DNA of 32,000 bases from Candidatus Hermodarchaeota archaeon (GTDB lineage: Archaea > Asgardarchaeota > Heimdallarchaeia > Hodarchaeales > Hodarchaeaceae), in the NCBI GenBank assembly GCA_048886185.1, contig JBHLKY010000018.1, forward strand, positions 1-32,000. Direction: 5' to 3'. A program made the position numbers and the translations under genes. Position 1 is the stretch's first letter. The number at the start of each line of letters is the position of its first letter. Positions 9,042 through 18,530 of the stretch are shown in pieces. Under the pieces are notes generated by a model. It had not been told where the DNA came from, made no database searches, and saw only the letters and a list, made by a program, of their open reading frames with translations.

Positions 9042-9953
9042 ATGAGCACTAATGAATTATTAATTTCTGATTTTCAGACACTGGGGTTGTCACAGAACGA
9101 AAGTAAAACACTATTAGCTCTAGTTCAACTTGGTGGATCAGGAGAGGTGTCTAAAATTGAAGATAAAACTGATATACAGCGTAATAAAATCTATCAAGCT
9201 CTTGGAGGTCTTATTACTAAGAAATTAGTTTTAAAAGGAGAAATTAAGGGTAGTGCCAACACCTTTCGTCTTCTTTATAGTAATCCATCCGATCTTATTT
9301 CATATATGCAGAAATCACTCGTTGATCCAATAACTATAGCTGCCGAACGTACTATCCAGAACCTTGAGAAATTTACTGAAATTCCAGAAAAGTCTCCTCA
9401 AGAAATATGGATGATCAAAGGTAACTCCAACATTGAAAGAATTGAGAAAGAAATCATAGATTCAGCAAAGGTTTCGATTATCAGCAACCTGTTCCCTGAA
9501 TATATCAAACCTGTTATCTCCAATCTTCAAAATGCAATTAAAAGGGGAATCAATGTCAAACTTCTTATGTTGGAAGAAGAGACTATCCAGTTGAACGTGC
9601 CTCTAGAGGAAATATGTTCAGAACATCTGGGAATCAATGCAGGTAAATTAACCAAACTTGCGGAAATGATTCCCCTTGAAGCAAATCCCATGCTTAGCCC
9701 GATTTTAGATAGTCTTGGCCAATTCCTAACAATAAGGCCCAATTTTCTCTTTGTTGATCCAAAGGGTGAAAATGCCTCAGGATTGCTGATCATTAAATCT
9801 ACAACAGACACATCTTATTCAATTGCTTTACAAACCTTTAATCAAGATTTTATAAGCTCTTTTAAGTACTTAATAGATTTTATTCAGAATATTGCGATGA
9901 ACATGAAAATATTGCAGGATCAGTTCTTTCCAAGTCTTGAAAATGAGGAATAA
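9042..9953 (+). CDS. TrmB family transcriptional regulator
   Basis: N-terminal wHTH (LGLSQNESKTLLAL...RNKIYQALGGLITKKLV) and C-terminal effector domain (IWMIKG...IIDSAKVSI...AIKRGINVKLL). Confidence 0.88.
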   Translation: MSTNELLISDFQTLGLSQNESKTLLALVQLGGSGEVSKIEDKTDIQRNKIYQALGGLITKKLVLKGEIKGSANTFRLLYSNPSDLISYMQKSLVDPITIAAERTIQNLEKFTEIPEKSPQEIWMIKGNSNIERIEKEIIDSAKVSIISNLFPEYIKPVISNLQNAIKRGINVKLLMLEEETIQLNVPLEEICSEHLGINAGKLTKLAEMIPLEANPMLSPILDSLGQFLTIRPNFLFVDPKGENASGLLIIKSTTDTSYSIALQTFNQDFISSFKYLIDFIQNIAMNMKILQDQFFPSLENEE

Positions 9954-9955
9954 TT

Positions 9956-10882
9956 ATGACAGATGGTTCAAATAAGGATTTAATACTTGTTTTAGGGGGA
10001 ACAGGTCATTATGGCAAACACATTGTTAATGCTTTAATCAAAAGTAAACAACAAGTTCGAGTATTATCTCGAAATGAAACAAAAGCAAGAGAAATTTTAG
10101 GTGAGGAACCCGAAATTATTGAGGGAGACATTACTTCGAAAGATGCTGTAATCAATGCACTTGTAGGAGTAAAAGCAATTATCATCAGTATTTCCGCCTT
10201 CAATCGAAAAACAATACGTAAGTTGAAACTTATTGAAAGAGATTCTGTGCTAATGGTCTTTGAAGAAGCAGAGAAGTTAGGGATAGCTCGAATTGTATAT
10301 ATTTCTGTATTTGGAAAACCCGATGAAAATGTAGATATGCTTCAAGCCAGAATTAAATGTGAAATTGAGGAATCATTAGAACAATCAAGGTTCAATTATA
10401 CCATTCTAGGTGCTCCACCTTCGATGGATATTTTCTTTACAATGATTCGTAATGGAAAGATGACTGTTCCTGGGGGAGGCCCACCAGCATTACCAACGAT
10501 CGCGCCTATCGATCTTGGGATTATTGCTGCACAAGTCGTTAAACGAACTGATTTGAATAAAAAACGATTTAGTCTAGTTGGTTCTGACGTGATATCTTTT
10601 AGAGAAGCTGCAGAAAGGATATCGAAAATTTCTGGAAAGGAAGTTGGCTTTCGAAAGATCCCATTACTTCCTATAAAGGTAGCAGCCACAATTACAGGAT
10701 TATTAACTCCAATTTTTCCATATATCTCTCAAATGTTGAAGTTTATTCTTTTAATGAATACAGCATTTACGGCTGAGATTATAGAACAAGTGTTTGAACA
10801 TCAAAAACTACTTAAACAGACTTTTGATTATCAACCACTTTCTATTGAAGAATATGCCATACAATATTATGAAAAAAAGTAA
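9956..10882 (+). CDS. NmrA-like/atypical SDR NAD(P)-binding oxidoreductase
   Basis: ILVLGGTGHYG, VRVLSRN, IIEGDIT and RIVYISV motifs. Starts 2 nt after the TrmB stop, so probably co-transcribed. Confidence 0.88.
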   Translation: MTDGSNKDLILVLGGTGHYGKHIVNALIKSKQQVRVLSRNETKAREILGEEPEIIEGDITSKDAVINALVGVKAIIISISAFNRKTIRKLKLIERDSVLMVFEEAEKLGIARIVYISVFGKPDENVDMLQARIKCEIEESLEQSRFNYTILGAPPSMDIFFTMIRNGKMTVPGGGPPALPTIAPIDLGIIAAQVVKRTDLNKKRFSLVGSDVISFREAAERISKISGKEVGFRKIPLLPIKVAATITGLLTPIFPYISQMLKFILLMNTAFTAEIIEQVFEHQKLLKQTFDYQPLSIEEYAIQYYEKK

Positions 10883-10928
10883 TCTTTAAAAAAACTCCAG
10901 TTTAATTTTCTCTGTTTTTTTTCTAAGT

Positions 10929-11804
10929 TTACATTTTCCATATTCGAATCTTCTTATCTGCTGCTCCAACGGCTAACCATTTTCCGTTCGGGGAGAAGGT
11001 CACAGAAGTAACTCCCTTAGGTTTTAATGCCTTTTGAGTTATTATTTTGCCATTCTCAATTGACCAGAGCATTATTTGATATGCAGCGATTATAACAAGG
11101 GTTTTATTGTCAGGTGGAAATGCAGAATGAGAAAATCCCTATGATTTTAGTTTAATTTCTTGTAGAATCTCCCAACTACTTATATCCCATAGTTTTACTG
11201 TTCCATCGTAACCTGAAGAAGCTAGATATTTACCATCAGAGGAAATCGTGAGAGCGGTGACAGCTGTTCTGTGGCCTTGTAAGCTTTTGACCAAATCACA
11301 AGATGGAACTTCATAAATCATAATATCTTCAGCAAGACCTGATACTAATAATGTCCTATTATCTGGAAGAAAAACGTTTGATGATACATTTCGTTTCAAA
11401 GCATTAATAGTGCCGATACTCTCACCAGTTTTTGAATCCCAAAGTCTAACATAACCATCATAAGAGCCTGAAACGAGAATTCTACCATTAGATGATATAT
11501 TCACACAAGTAACTGTTTTCTTATGCCCTTTAAGCGTCATTTTTACTCTTCCATCTGGGAACGACCAGAGTTTCACCGTTGAATCCGAGGAGCCTGAAAT
11601 TAATGTTTTAGTATCTGGTGAAAGTGCAATAGTATTTACACTCTGCGTGTGACCTGTTATTCTACCTTTTAACTTCCAATCAGGGACATCCCACAAATTA
11701 ATTATATTATCCATTCCTGAAGAGATCAATGTTTGATTATCAGGGGTAAAAATGAGGTCTAAAACATAGCTAGAATGTACTGAAATTATTTCTGGATCAT
11801 CCAT
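10929..11804 (-). pseudogene. 7-bladed WD40 repeat protein interrupted by an in-frame TAG at 11139-11141 (nonsense mutation, sequencing error or readthrough)
   Basis: Five WD repeats lie before the TAG. The same frame continues GFSHSAFPPDNKTLVIIAAYQIMLWSIENGKIITQKALKPKGVTSVTFSPNGKWLAVGAADKKIRIWKM to TAA at 10929, completing blades 6 and 7. Probable start is ATG 11804 (MDDPE). Confidence 0.85.
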
Positions 11805-11997
11805 AAGTCTAGAGTTCCGTTGTAGGTGTTTCTGAGTATAAATAGAATAGATTAAGTACAATTCCTTATTGAATAGTTAAGTTAATTGGATCAATTTTAA
11901 GTAATCGAAGATATTTTCGAAATATTAACACAAATTGGATTTTATAAAGCAAAAAAATATTCATAGAAGACATTTTAAAGATGAAAGAGGAATTTAC

Positions 11998-12711
11998 ATG
12001 CATCTATTGAAAAGATTTTCAATTATATGCACATTAGGACTTGTTATTGTACTGTGTGGATGCACAGAAGGACCAAACATTATGATAGAGGAGTTTCGAA
12101 ACTATACAACTGAATCTGAAGAACAAGTATTAGCAGCAATTGAAAGGGCTGATTTTAATAATTTATTTTATTTTGATCTGAATCTCTCGAAATTGGATCT
12201 GAAACCAGAGATTACAGTATATTCGAAATCTGTTAATGGTTCACTCTTCTTACCTCCTCCTCCCCTACAATATTGTGAGTGGAACTCTTTTTATGTAGAT
12301 CCTGCAAGAAACAGACAGTTCTTTTATGGTGATAATGTCACCAGCTTATCAAATCTTTCTTGTCTCTATTGTGCTAATGCTGCAGAAATCATTAACATCT
12401 CTTCAACACAAATGATTACTCCAACTCTTGAAAAGGTTGCTTATATTGAAACTTTCCCACTGACGCATTTTATCATGTTTAACTTTGAGAGCGAATCATA
12501 TTCCATCAATAAAAGCGACGATATTAGTTTCTTAACTACTTTTTCTAATTTTAGCTATTCAGGCTATCGTGTTGAACAATTATTCGAATATACCATCACT
12601 AGTATATTTGATCTGAGTAAAATACGATATCACCAAGCTTTCTTGGTTAATAAAGAACAACAAATCGTCTTAGGAATTTTCTATCTGGAAATTCGGACAT
12701 CAATATATTAG
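11998..12711 (+). CDS. Putative lipoprotein, function unknown
   Basis: MHLLKRFSIICTLGLVIVLCGC is a basic N-region, hydrophobic core and lipobox-like LCGC. A GAGG SD precedes ATG 11998. Confidence 0.7.
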   Translation: MHLLKRFSIICTLGLVIVLCGCTEGPNIMIEEFRNYTTESEEQVLAAIERADFNNLFYFDLNLSKLDLKPEITVYSKSVNGSLFLPPPPLQYCEWNSFYVDPARNRQFFYGDNVTSLSNLSCLYCANAAEIINISSTQMITPTLEKVAYIETFPLTHFIMFNFESESYSINKSDDISFLTTFSNFSYSGYRVEQLFEYTITSIFDLSKIRYHQAFLVNKEQQIVLGIFYLEIRTSIY

Positions 12712-12742
12712 AATTTTAGTTTGCATATGAGATAAAAAGTCT

Positions 12743-12883
12743 TCAAGTAACAACAGTCCCTTGACCCCATTTCTCGTTTTCATCATTTATTTTATTTTTA
12801 TTATAATCTTTATTTGATTCATATCGGGAGAGAGCAGCCATAAAAGCCTCTGGAGATGTTAATTTGATTCTTTCAGCCTTCAT
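12743..12883 (-). CDS. Possible 46-aa small protein (MKAERIKLTSPEAFMAALSRYES...)
   Basis: ATG-to-TGA ORF in an otherwise unexplained 560-bp gap. No homology recognised. Confidence 0.25.
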   Translation of the reverse strand: MKAERIKLTSPEAFMAALSRYESNKDYNKNKINDENEKWGQGTVVT

Positions 12884-13277
12884 TTTCTTTCATCCGTAAA
12901 ATCAAGTTTATTCTATAAGACAACACTCGTGAATAAAAGCAACTATAACATCTGGGGAAGAGAGTTGTAGAAACTCCTTTAATTTTTTGTCTTTTTAACC
13001 ATTAAGAAGGCGCTTTTATAATTAAAACTAGGTAGGAAAACATTCTTAATGGATTTCAATTGATTATTAACTCAATTGACTCTGTTATCTTTATGAGATT
13101 AAATCAAATTGAGAATCAAATGAAATTAAGGGCCCAAGGATATTAATATATCCTTAATGAGAATTAACAATTAAAACCAATTGTCCTTCTTTTGTCATTA
13201 ATTTCAGAGCGACAGTCTTCTTTGACATTAACTCCCAAATAAGTAATTTCTCATCCTTTTATATTGTTTGAACAATT

Positions 13278-14135
13278 TTATTTATACTTAAGGAAAGTTC
13301 CTCTATTGTATTCATCAAACGCAATTTTGAGCTCTTCTTGGGTGTTCATGACAATTGGTCCATACCAAGCTACAGGTTCCTTAATTGGTTTTCCTGATAC
13401 CAATAAAAATCGGACAGAACTATCTTCTTGTCCTTTAATCTGGACATAATCACCATCGCTGAAAATTATAAGCTGTTCTGCGGATACTAATTGGTCATAA
13501 CTAGGTTCAAAATAACCCTTTCCATCAAAACAGTATGCAAAAACGGTATAACCTTCTTTAACCTTGTGTTCAAATTTTGTGTTTGGAGGGACGGTAATAT
13601 CAAGGTACTCGGGGTTTGTTACAATGTCTTGTACAGGCCCTTTAGTCCCATTGATTTCTCCAGAAAGAACTCTTATTTTAACCCCGTTCTTTTGAGTTAT
13701 CTCTGGTACGAGAGTCTTAGGAATGTCCTGGTAGCGAGGTTGCATCATTTTATTCTTTGCAGGTAAATTAACCCATAATTGAAAGCCCCACAACAGATTG
13801 TCTACTTGAGCTGGCATCTCAGAATGAATAATACCAGAACCCGCAGTCATCCATTGAATATCTCCACCATTGATAATACCATGGTTTCCAATGCTATCTT
13901 GATGTTCTACTTTTCCCTCTATCATATAAGTAACAGTCTCAATTCCACGATGAGGATGCCAGGGGAACCCTGCGATATAGTCATCTGGCTTATCAGAATG
14001 GAAATCATCAAGTAGTAAGAATGGATCAAGGATTTTTACCTCTTGATGCGCAAACACCCTTTTTAAACGAACACCAGCTCCCTCAATTGTCGGTTTACTT
14101 TTTGAAATTCTCTTGATTTCCCTGAATTTTCTCAT
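13278..14135 (-). CDS. Pirin family protein (bicupin)
   Basis: DPFLLLDDF, GFPWHPHRGIETVTY, QWMTAGSGIIHSE, GFQLWVNLP and PVAWYGPIVMNT are canonical pirin motifs. Confidence 0.96.
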   Translation of the reverse strand: MRKFREIKRISKSKPTIEGAGVRLKRVFAHQEVKILDPFLLLDDFHSDKPDDYIAGFPWHPHRGIETVTYMIEGKVEHQDSIGNHGIINGGDIQWMTAGSGIIHSEMPAQVDNLLWGFQLWVNLPAKNKMMQPRYQDIPKTLVPEITQKNGVKIRVLSGEINGTKGPVQDIVTNPEYLDITVPPNTKFEHKVKEGYTVFAYCFDGKGYFEPSYDQLVSAEQLIIFSDGDYVQIKGQEDSSVRFLLVSGKPIKEPVAWYGPIVMNTQEELKIAFDEYNRGTFLKYK

Positions 14136-14334
14136 AGGACTACATATCCTTCTGTTAATTTAAAAGTACTTTTCCATTAATCGTAATAAGACTGTTCAAG
14201 TGAAAAATCCAAGACTTGTTTAAGTCCCAACCAAATAATGACCCTCAAAAAATTAATCCTATGGTTTATAAGAGTAAAAGCTAGTAGATTTAAGTGACTA
14301 TTTTTGAGATCCCTGAATTATAGGACTAGTAAAA

Positions 14335-14802
14335 ATGTCTAATTTTGACCAATTTGAATATAAGAAATCCACCAAAAAACCTGTTAGAACCAAGGATATT
14401 GAATCCCAGCAACAATGGCTAACAGATCATCTTCATTATCTTCAGAGGGTGGAAACCTATAATCAGCTCATAAGAGAAATCTTTGTGTGTCACAAATGTG
14501 GAAAAAGAATCACAAACTCACAATGGGTTCACAATTTAGAATCCTCTGAAACACATGAAATAACACATTATTATCACGCTAAACGTCAATGTAACCCCCA
14601 ATTCACGAAAACTTGTCTCATTTGTGATAAAAGTTTTCGAATAAACCGAAAAAATCAAAAACTCTGCTCCAAGAAGTGTTCAGTTAAATATATGACCAGT
14701 CCAATCCTACTTAAACGATGTGAGACTTGTGGGATGGAATTCAAAGTTCGGATCATAAATAACAAGAAAAATAAAGAGAAAAAATGCCTTAGATGTCGGT
14801 AG
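14335..14802 (+). CDS. Small basic multi-zinc-finger protein
   Basis: CHKC...H...C, CLIC...CSKKC and CETC...CLRC motifs; Lys/Arg-rich. Confidence 0.7.
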   Translation: MSNFDQFEYKKSTKKPVRTKDIESQQQWLTDHLHYLQRVETYNQLIREIFVCHKCGKRITNSQWVHNLESSETHEITHYYHAKRQCNPQFTKTCLICDKSFRINRKNQKLCSKKCSVKYMTSPILLKRCETCGMEFKVRIINNKKNKEKKCLRCR

Positions 14803-14931
14803 CTATCCACAAGTTACTAGTCAACGTTTTAATGAGGTTTCTTGTCAAACTGTGATTTTTATAAAAAGGGATTTATTGTAGTTACTGTTGATCCCGGTTA
14901 AGGAAGAACAGCTGAGTCTAATATAATGAAT

Positions 14932-15744
14932 TCAATTTTCACCGAATTCTCCAAGGATCTCCTTCGGTAAAGCGTAAAATCCAGTTAAAAGAATGGCTAA
15001 AGAGACTAAAAATATATTGAACCAAACAAACCAGATATATCTCAATTCGTCAAAGTGCCATGGAGCCCATGCAAGATATGCTATTCCAAAGAGAGTGAAT
15101 CCAGCTGTTATAACTTTTGGTGAATTTAAACCTGCACCTTTACCATAATTATACCATAAGATAGCTAAAATGAAAGCCATAGGCACAAATTCCCAATACA
15201 AAAATCCATACATTGTAAGCTCAATGTCACCAACTAGGATTAAACCGATAAAAAACCATAATTCTCCTAAAATTACTATTATAAGAGCTGCAAGATAAGT
15301 ACATTTAGGACAATCTGTATAGAGCTTCGTTACACCTATCCACATTCCCGCAACCCAAAGGATCATGGGTGATCGCCATATTAGAAAGATAAATGGATCT
15401 GTCATATCAGCCCAATCAACCCCCCAAGCCTGCAGAAGTAAACCTAAAAATGTTATTGAATAAATAAGGAAGGAAGAACCCCAAATAAGTTGGAAGGGGG
15501 CCTTTTCTAAGGGCCTTGCTTTAGCAAAGTAACGATAAAGTAAATATCCTCCAATGATAAGGAGGAGAATAAATCCTGTGAGTGAAGCACCAAATAAATC
15601 ATAAGAATCTATTATTTCAGATACAGCAAAACCTTTGGGTTTAGCTACTACTATAATAGTAGTAAATATATATATTACTACCATTATAACAATATATCCA
15701 CTATTTCGGGTAATGAAATCCGTTATATCTTTTTGTAATGACAT
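14932..15744 (-). CDS. 8-TM membrane protein (paralog A), possible stand-alone sensor-type domain
   Basis: Eight hydrophobic segments and a GGTGG SD. Aligns end to end with 16514-17347 (WGxSFLxY..FLGL, GMWIGxxKL, GExW, W.PW, GFY.LxK). Confidence 0.85.
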   Translation of the reverse strand: MSLQKDITDFITRNSGYIVIMVVIYIFTTIIVVAKPKGFAVSEIIDSYDLFGASLTGFILLLIIGGYLLYRYFAKARPLEKAPFQLIWGSSFLIYSITFLGLLLQAWGVDWADMTDPFIFLIWRSPMILWVAGMWIGVTKLYTDCPKCTYLAALIIVILGELWFFIGLILVGDIELTMYGFLYWEFVPMAFILAILWYNYGKGAGLNSPKVITAGFTLFGIAYLAWAPWHFDELRYIWFVWFNIFLVSLAILLTGFYALPKEILGEFGEN

Positions 15745-15890
15745 TGTATACCCACCTTAAATCAAATTACAAACAGAGGTCTTAAAATTATCTTTTAATC
15801 TATTATAAGAATTTTCTCATAAAAAAACAAAATCACACAAGAATTCACAAATAGAAGAAAACAAACTAAATTTGCATATCTTTTATCAAC

Positions 15891-16403
15891 CTAAGACCCC
15901 AATTGCTTTATAGTGCTTTCTAAATCCTTAGATAGAAAATTACGCTCAAAAGACGTCAAACAGATAATACTTCTTGTTCTTGCTACTCCTTCTAAACGGC
16001 TAAGCTTGATTAGATTTTGCTCAAATGAGGCAATATTTCGTGTTCGTATTTTAATGATCACATCCTCTTGCCCCGCAATATGATGAATCTCGAGTATTTC
16101 TAATTCATCCATTCGTGAGAGCATTTTCTCATCGATAATACCATGATAAGCTATTCCTTTAGGGGTCTGATATTCTAGGAAGATAAATGCAGTGATTTCT
16201 TTCCCAAGTAAATAATCGTTAGTCAAGACAGTATAACGTAAGACATCATTATCTTCTAGATATTTAATACGTTTCTGAATGGTTTGTCTGGATAATTGCA
16301 TTTTATTGGCGATTTGAGAATGTGACCATTTTGGATGCTTTTTTAGAAAAGTAATGATCTTTCTGTCCTTTTCGTCAATTTTTATTGAATTTAATTCATT
16401 CAA
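15891..16403 (-). CDS. Lrp/AsnC family transcriptional regulator
   Basis: IDEKDRKII, HTH SHSQIANKMQLSRQTIQKRIKYLEDNDVL and RAM domain HHIAGQEDVIIKI...EGVARTRSII. Start placed at TTG 16403 behind GAGGG. Confidence 0.92.
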   Translation of the reverse strand: MNELNSIKIDEKDRKIITFLKKHPKWSHSQIANKMQLSRQTIQKRIKYLEDNDVLRYTVLTNDYLLGKEITAFIFLEYQTPKGIAYHGIIDEKMLSRMDELEILEIHHIAGQEDVIIKIRTRNIASFEQNLIKLSRLEGVARTRSIICLTSFERNFLSKDLESTIKQLGS

Positions 16404-16543
16404 AATTAATACCCTCGTTGTCAATACCCTATATAAATGCAATTATCAGATAGTTAAAAATATTTTGGTGAAACTGACTTGTTGACTATCAATAAATTTA
16501 TATAATTTACAAAGTGTTAGATTACATGAAAAGAAGTGATGAA
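16404..16543. promoter_or_regulatory. Divergent promoter region between Lrp and 8-TM paralog B
   Basis: TATA-like CTATATAAAT and TTTATATAAT, plus a TTGA-N3-TCAA inverted repeat (TTGACTATCAA) between the divergent starts. Confidence 0.4.
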
Positions 16544-17347
16544 ATGAAGACAAGAAATTTACAAGAAAATTATTATCAACAAATAGTTGACTTTGGACGT
16601 TCCCGTCCTTGGCTACCCTTAGTTGGGATAATATACATATTCTTGGCCACAATCATATTAACGCAATCTTCTTCCCTTCTCATTCCTGAACTGAATGTCT
16701 CAACGATCCAATTTGTTCTATCTTTCATCGTACTACTCATCTTATCAACAATAGGACTTTATTTACTCGTTAATAACTATCAAATTGTTTGGGGATTATC
16801 TTTCCTCCTATATGCGTTCTCTTTTCTTGGACTTTGCTTAAGGATATTTGGTCTTCCTTTAACTGATATAAATAATCCGATTATCTTCCATATTTGGTTA
16901 TTACCCTTGATTTTCTTTACTTCTGGCATGTGGATTGGTACCAGTAAGCTTCTCTTTGAAGATAAAATATCTAATTATCTTCCTGCTCTCTTAATCCTTC
17001 TAGTTGGAGAATGTTGGTCTCTTGTTGGTCTACTCATGTTAAAAAATGTTACACTGACAATCTTGGGACTTCAATATGGTTTATTCATACCAGTAGTCTT
17101 ATTTTTTACCTATATTTGGATTTATTTAGCTAAAACCTCACCATATAGTTCTCCTTGGTTTCTAGCTCTTGGTTTTCTTGTATTGGCTGTAATATATTGT
17201 TTCTGGAATCCTTGGATGTCTAGCGATCTCCTTCTATATAGTGTTTTTTTCAGTCTCTTCAATATCGCTCTTGGGATTATTCTTATTGGATTTTATTTCT
17301 TAACAAAGGATCTAAAGATGAATCAAGATTACATCCAAGCAAAATAA
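16514..17347 (+). CDS. 8-TM membrane protein (paralog B)
   Basis: Eight TM segments and a clear paralog of 14932-15744. True start may be ATG 16526 or 16544. Confidence 0.85.
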   Translation: MLDYMKRSDEMKTRNLQENYYQQIVDFGRSRPWLPLVGIIYIFLATIILTQSSSLLIPELNVSTIQFVLSFIVLLILSTIGLYLLVNNYQIVWGLSFLLYAFSFLGLCLRIFGLPLTDINNPIIFHIWLLPLIFFTSGMWIGTSKLLFEDKISNYLPALLILLVGECWSLVGLLMLKNVTLTILGLQYGLFIPVVLFFTYIWIYLAKTSPYSSPWFLALGFLVLAVIYCFWNPWMSSDLLLYSVFFSLFNIALGIILIGFYFLTKDLKMNQDYIQAK

Positions 17348-17350
17348 CCT

Positions 17351-17388
17351 AAGACTAGGTGTAAAATCCCTAGTCTTGTTCTTTTTTT
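17351..17388 (+). terminator. Hairpin plus T-tract terminator between convergent genes
   Basis: AAGACTAGG-(9 nt)-CCTAGTCTT is a perfect 9-bp stem, followed by GTTC and T7. Confidence 0.6.
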
Positions 17389-17420
17389 CTATTAGGTTTT
17401 TTTAAAAATGAGTATCATTA

Positions 17421-18524
17421 TTAGAATTCTTTATAATGGTTAAACTCTTCTAGCTCTTTCTGAAGTACCATTTTCTTCTCTATCTCTCCCTCAGTCGGAT
17501 AAGGTGTATCAATCCAGAGATCAACTTCAGGGAGTCTCAAATTTTTTCGAACTCGCTTCTCTAATACCCCAAATCCGACACGAGATGCCATAAATTTAAT
17601 AAACTTAAACTTGATTTTTGTAACAACCTTTTCCCATTCTTTCGCAAACTCACCGTTTTCAATATGATGTAAAACGCCTTTCTGAATAAGTAACACTTCA
17701 TCAATGACTTTTTTATATCTCATTCCTCGACTTAAGAGCCCATATTGAGATCGGTCATCCAGAAGTCCAACCTGATTTATTATCCCGACATCCAACATAT
17801 TCTGAAATAAATGTTTCATGGTTCCTGAAAGGATGAATTCAACCAATACTGCTTCTTCGGGGTACCCTGCTTCAATAAGTAAATCAATAGGCTTCATCAT
17901 TATTTGACTACTTGCTGGCCCAAATCCCTGTTCCGTAAATAGGTCAAGAAAGGTCTCTTGTTCAAAAGTAACTCTGATTCCAGCCTTACTTAAACCCCCT
18001 ACAGCTTTACTTAATGCTAATAATTTCTCCTCCGCCTTTCCAGAAGCATCTTGATGAATTCCAATGAAACTAAAATATCCCTGACCATTTAAAATACATT
18101 CTCTCACCCCAATACCAATCATTCTTGGTGCTATTAAGAGTACGTCAATATTCTTAGGGGGAATGATCAATTTAAACGCGATATTGTACCCATGAGCAAA
18201 AATGAGAGCAGCCTGGGTTTTCAAATAGGGTTCCACTTGTTTCCTGTATACTTGATTCATTATTTCATCTGGAATTAGCAAGAAAAGAGCATCGGCCATT
18301 TTTGTTGCTTCAAAAATTTCAAAAGTTGGGAATCCATCCTTTTCTGCTCGTACCCGATAATCATCTTTGCGATTACCAACAACAACATTAATCCCCACAT
18401 CACGCATATTGAGGGCTTGCGATCGTCCTTGATTTCCATATCCAATTATTGCTACAGTTTTTCCCTCCAAGACATCTAAATCGCCATCAGTTTCATGATA
18501 TAACTTTGCATCCACTCTTATCAC
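17421..18524 (-). CDS. Ketol-acid reductoisomerase (class I IlvC)-like protein, subunit A: cis catalytic residues intact, trans residues lost
   Basis: GYGNQG, LIPDE, FAHGYNI and TFEQETFLDLFTEQ are intact. LVEFILSGT and LLDDRSQYG replace the SGE and HSxTSQYG motifs seen in the paralog. Confidence 0.9.
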   Translation of the reverse strand: MIRVDAKLYHETDGDLDVLEGKTVAIIGYGNQGRSQALNMRDVGINVVVGNRKDDYRVRAEKDGFPTFEIFEATKMADALFLLIPDEIMNQVYRKQVEPYLKTQAALIFAHGYNIAFKLIIPPKNIDVLLIAPRMIGIGVRECILNGQGYFSFIGIHQDASGKAEEKLLALSKAVGGLSKAGIRVTFEQETFLDLFTEQGFGPASSQIMMKPIDLLIEAGYPEEAVLVEFILSGTMKHLFQNMLDVGIINQVGLLDDRSQYGLLSRGMRYKKVIDEVLLIQKGVLHHIENGEFAKEWEKVVTKIKFKFIKFMASRVGFGVLEKRVRKNLRLPEVDLWIDTPYPTEGEIEKKMVLQKELEEFNHYKEF

Positions 18525-18530
18525 TACCTG

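Noticed and set aside
13155-13257. Start-less minus-strand peptide KDEKLLIWELMSKKTVALKL resembling a WD40 strand
   Set aside because: Too short, bounded by stops, and the similarity may be chance.
14932-17347. Rhodopsin or heliorhodopsin identity for the 8-TM paralogs
   Set aside because: No Lys inside the last TM helix for a retinal Schiff base and no rhodopsin motifs.
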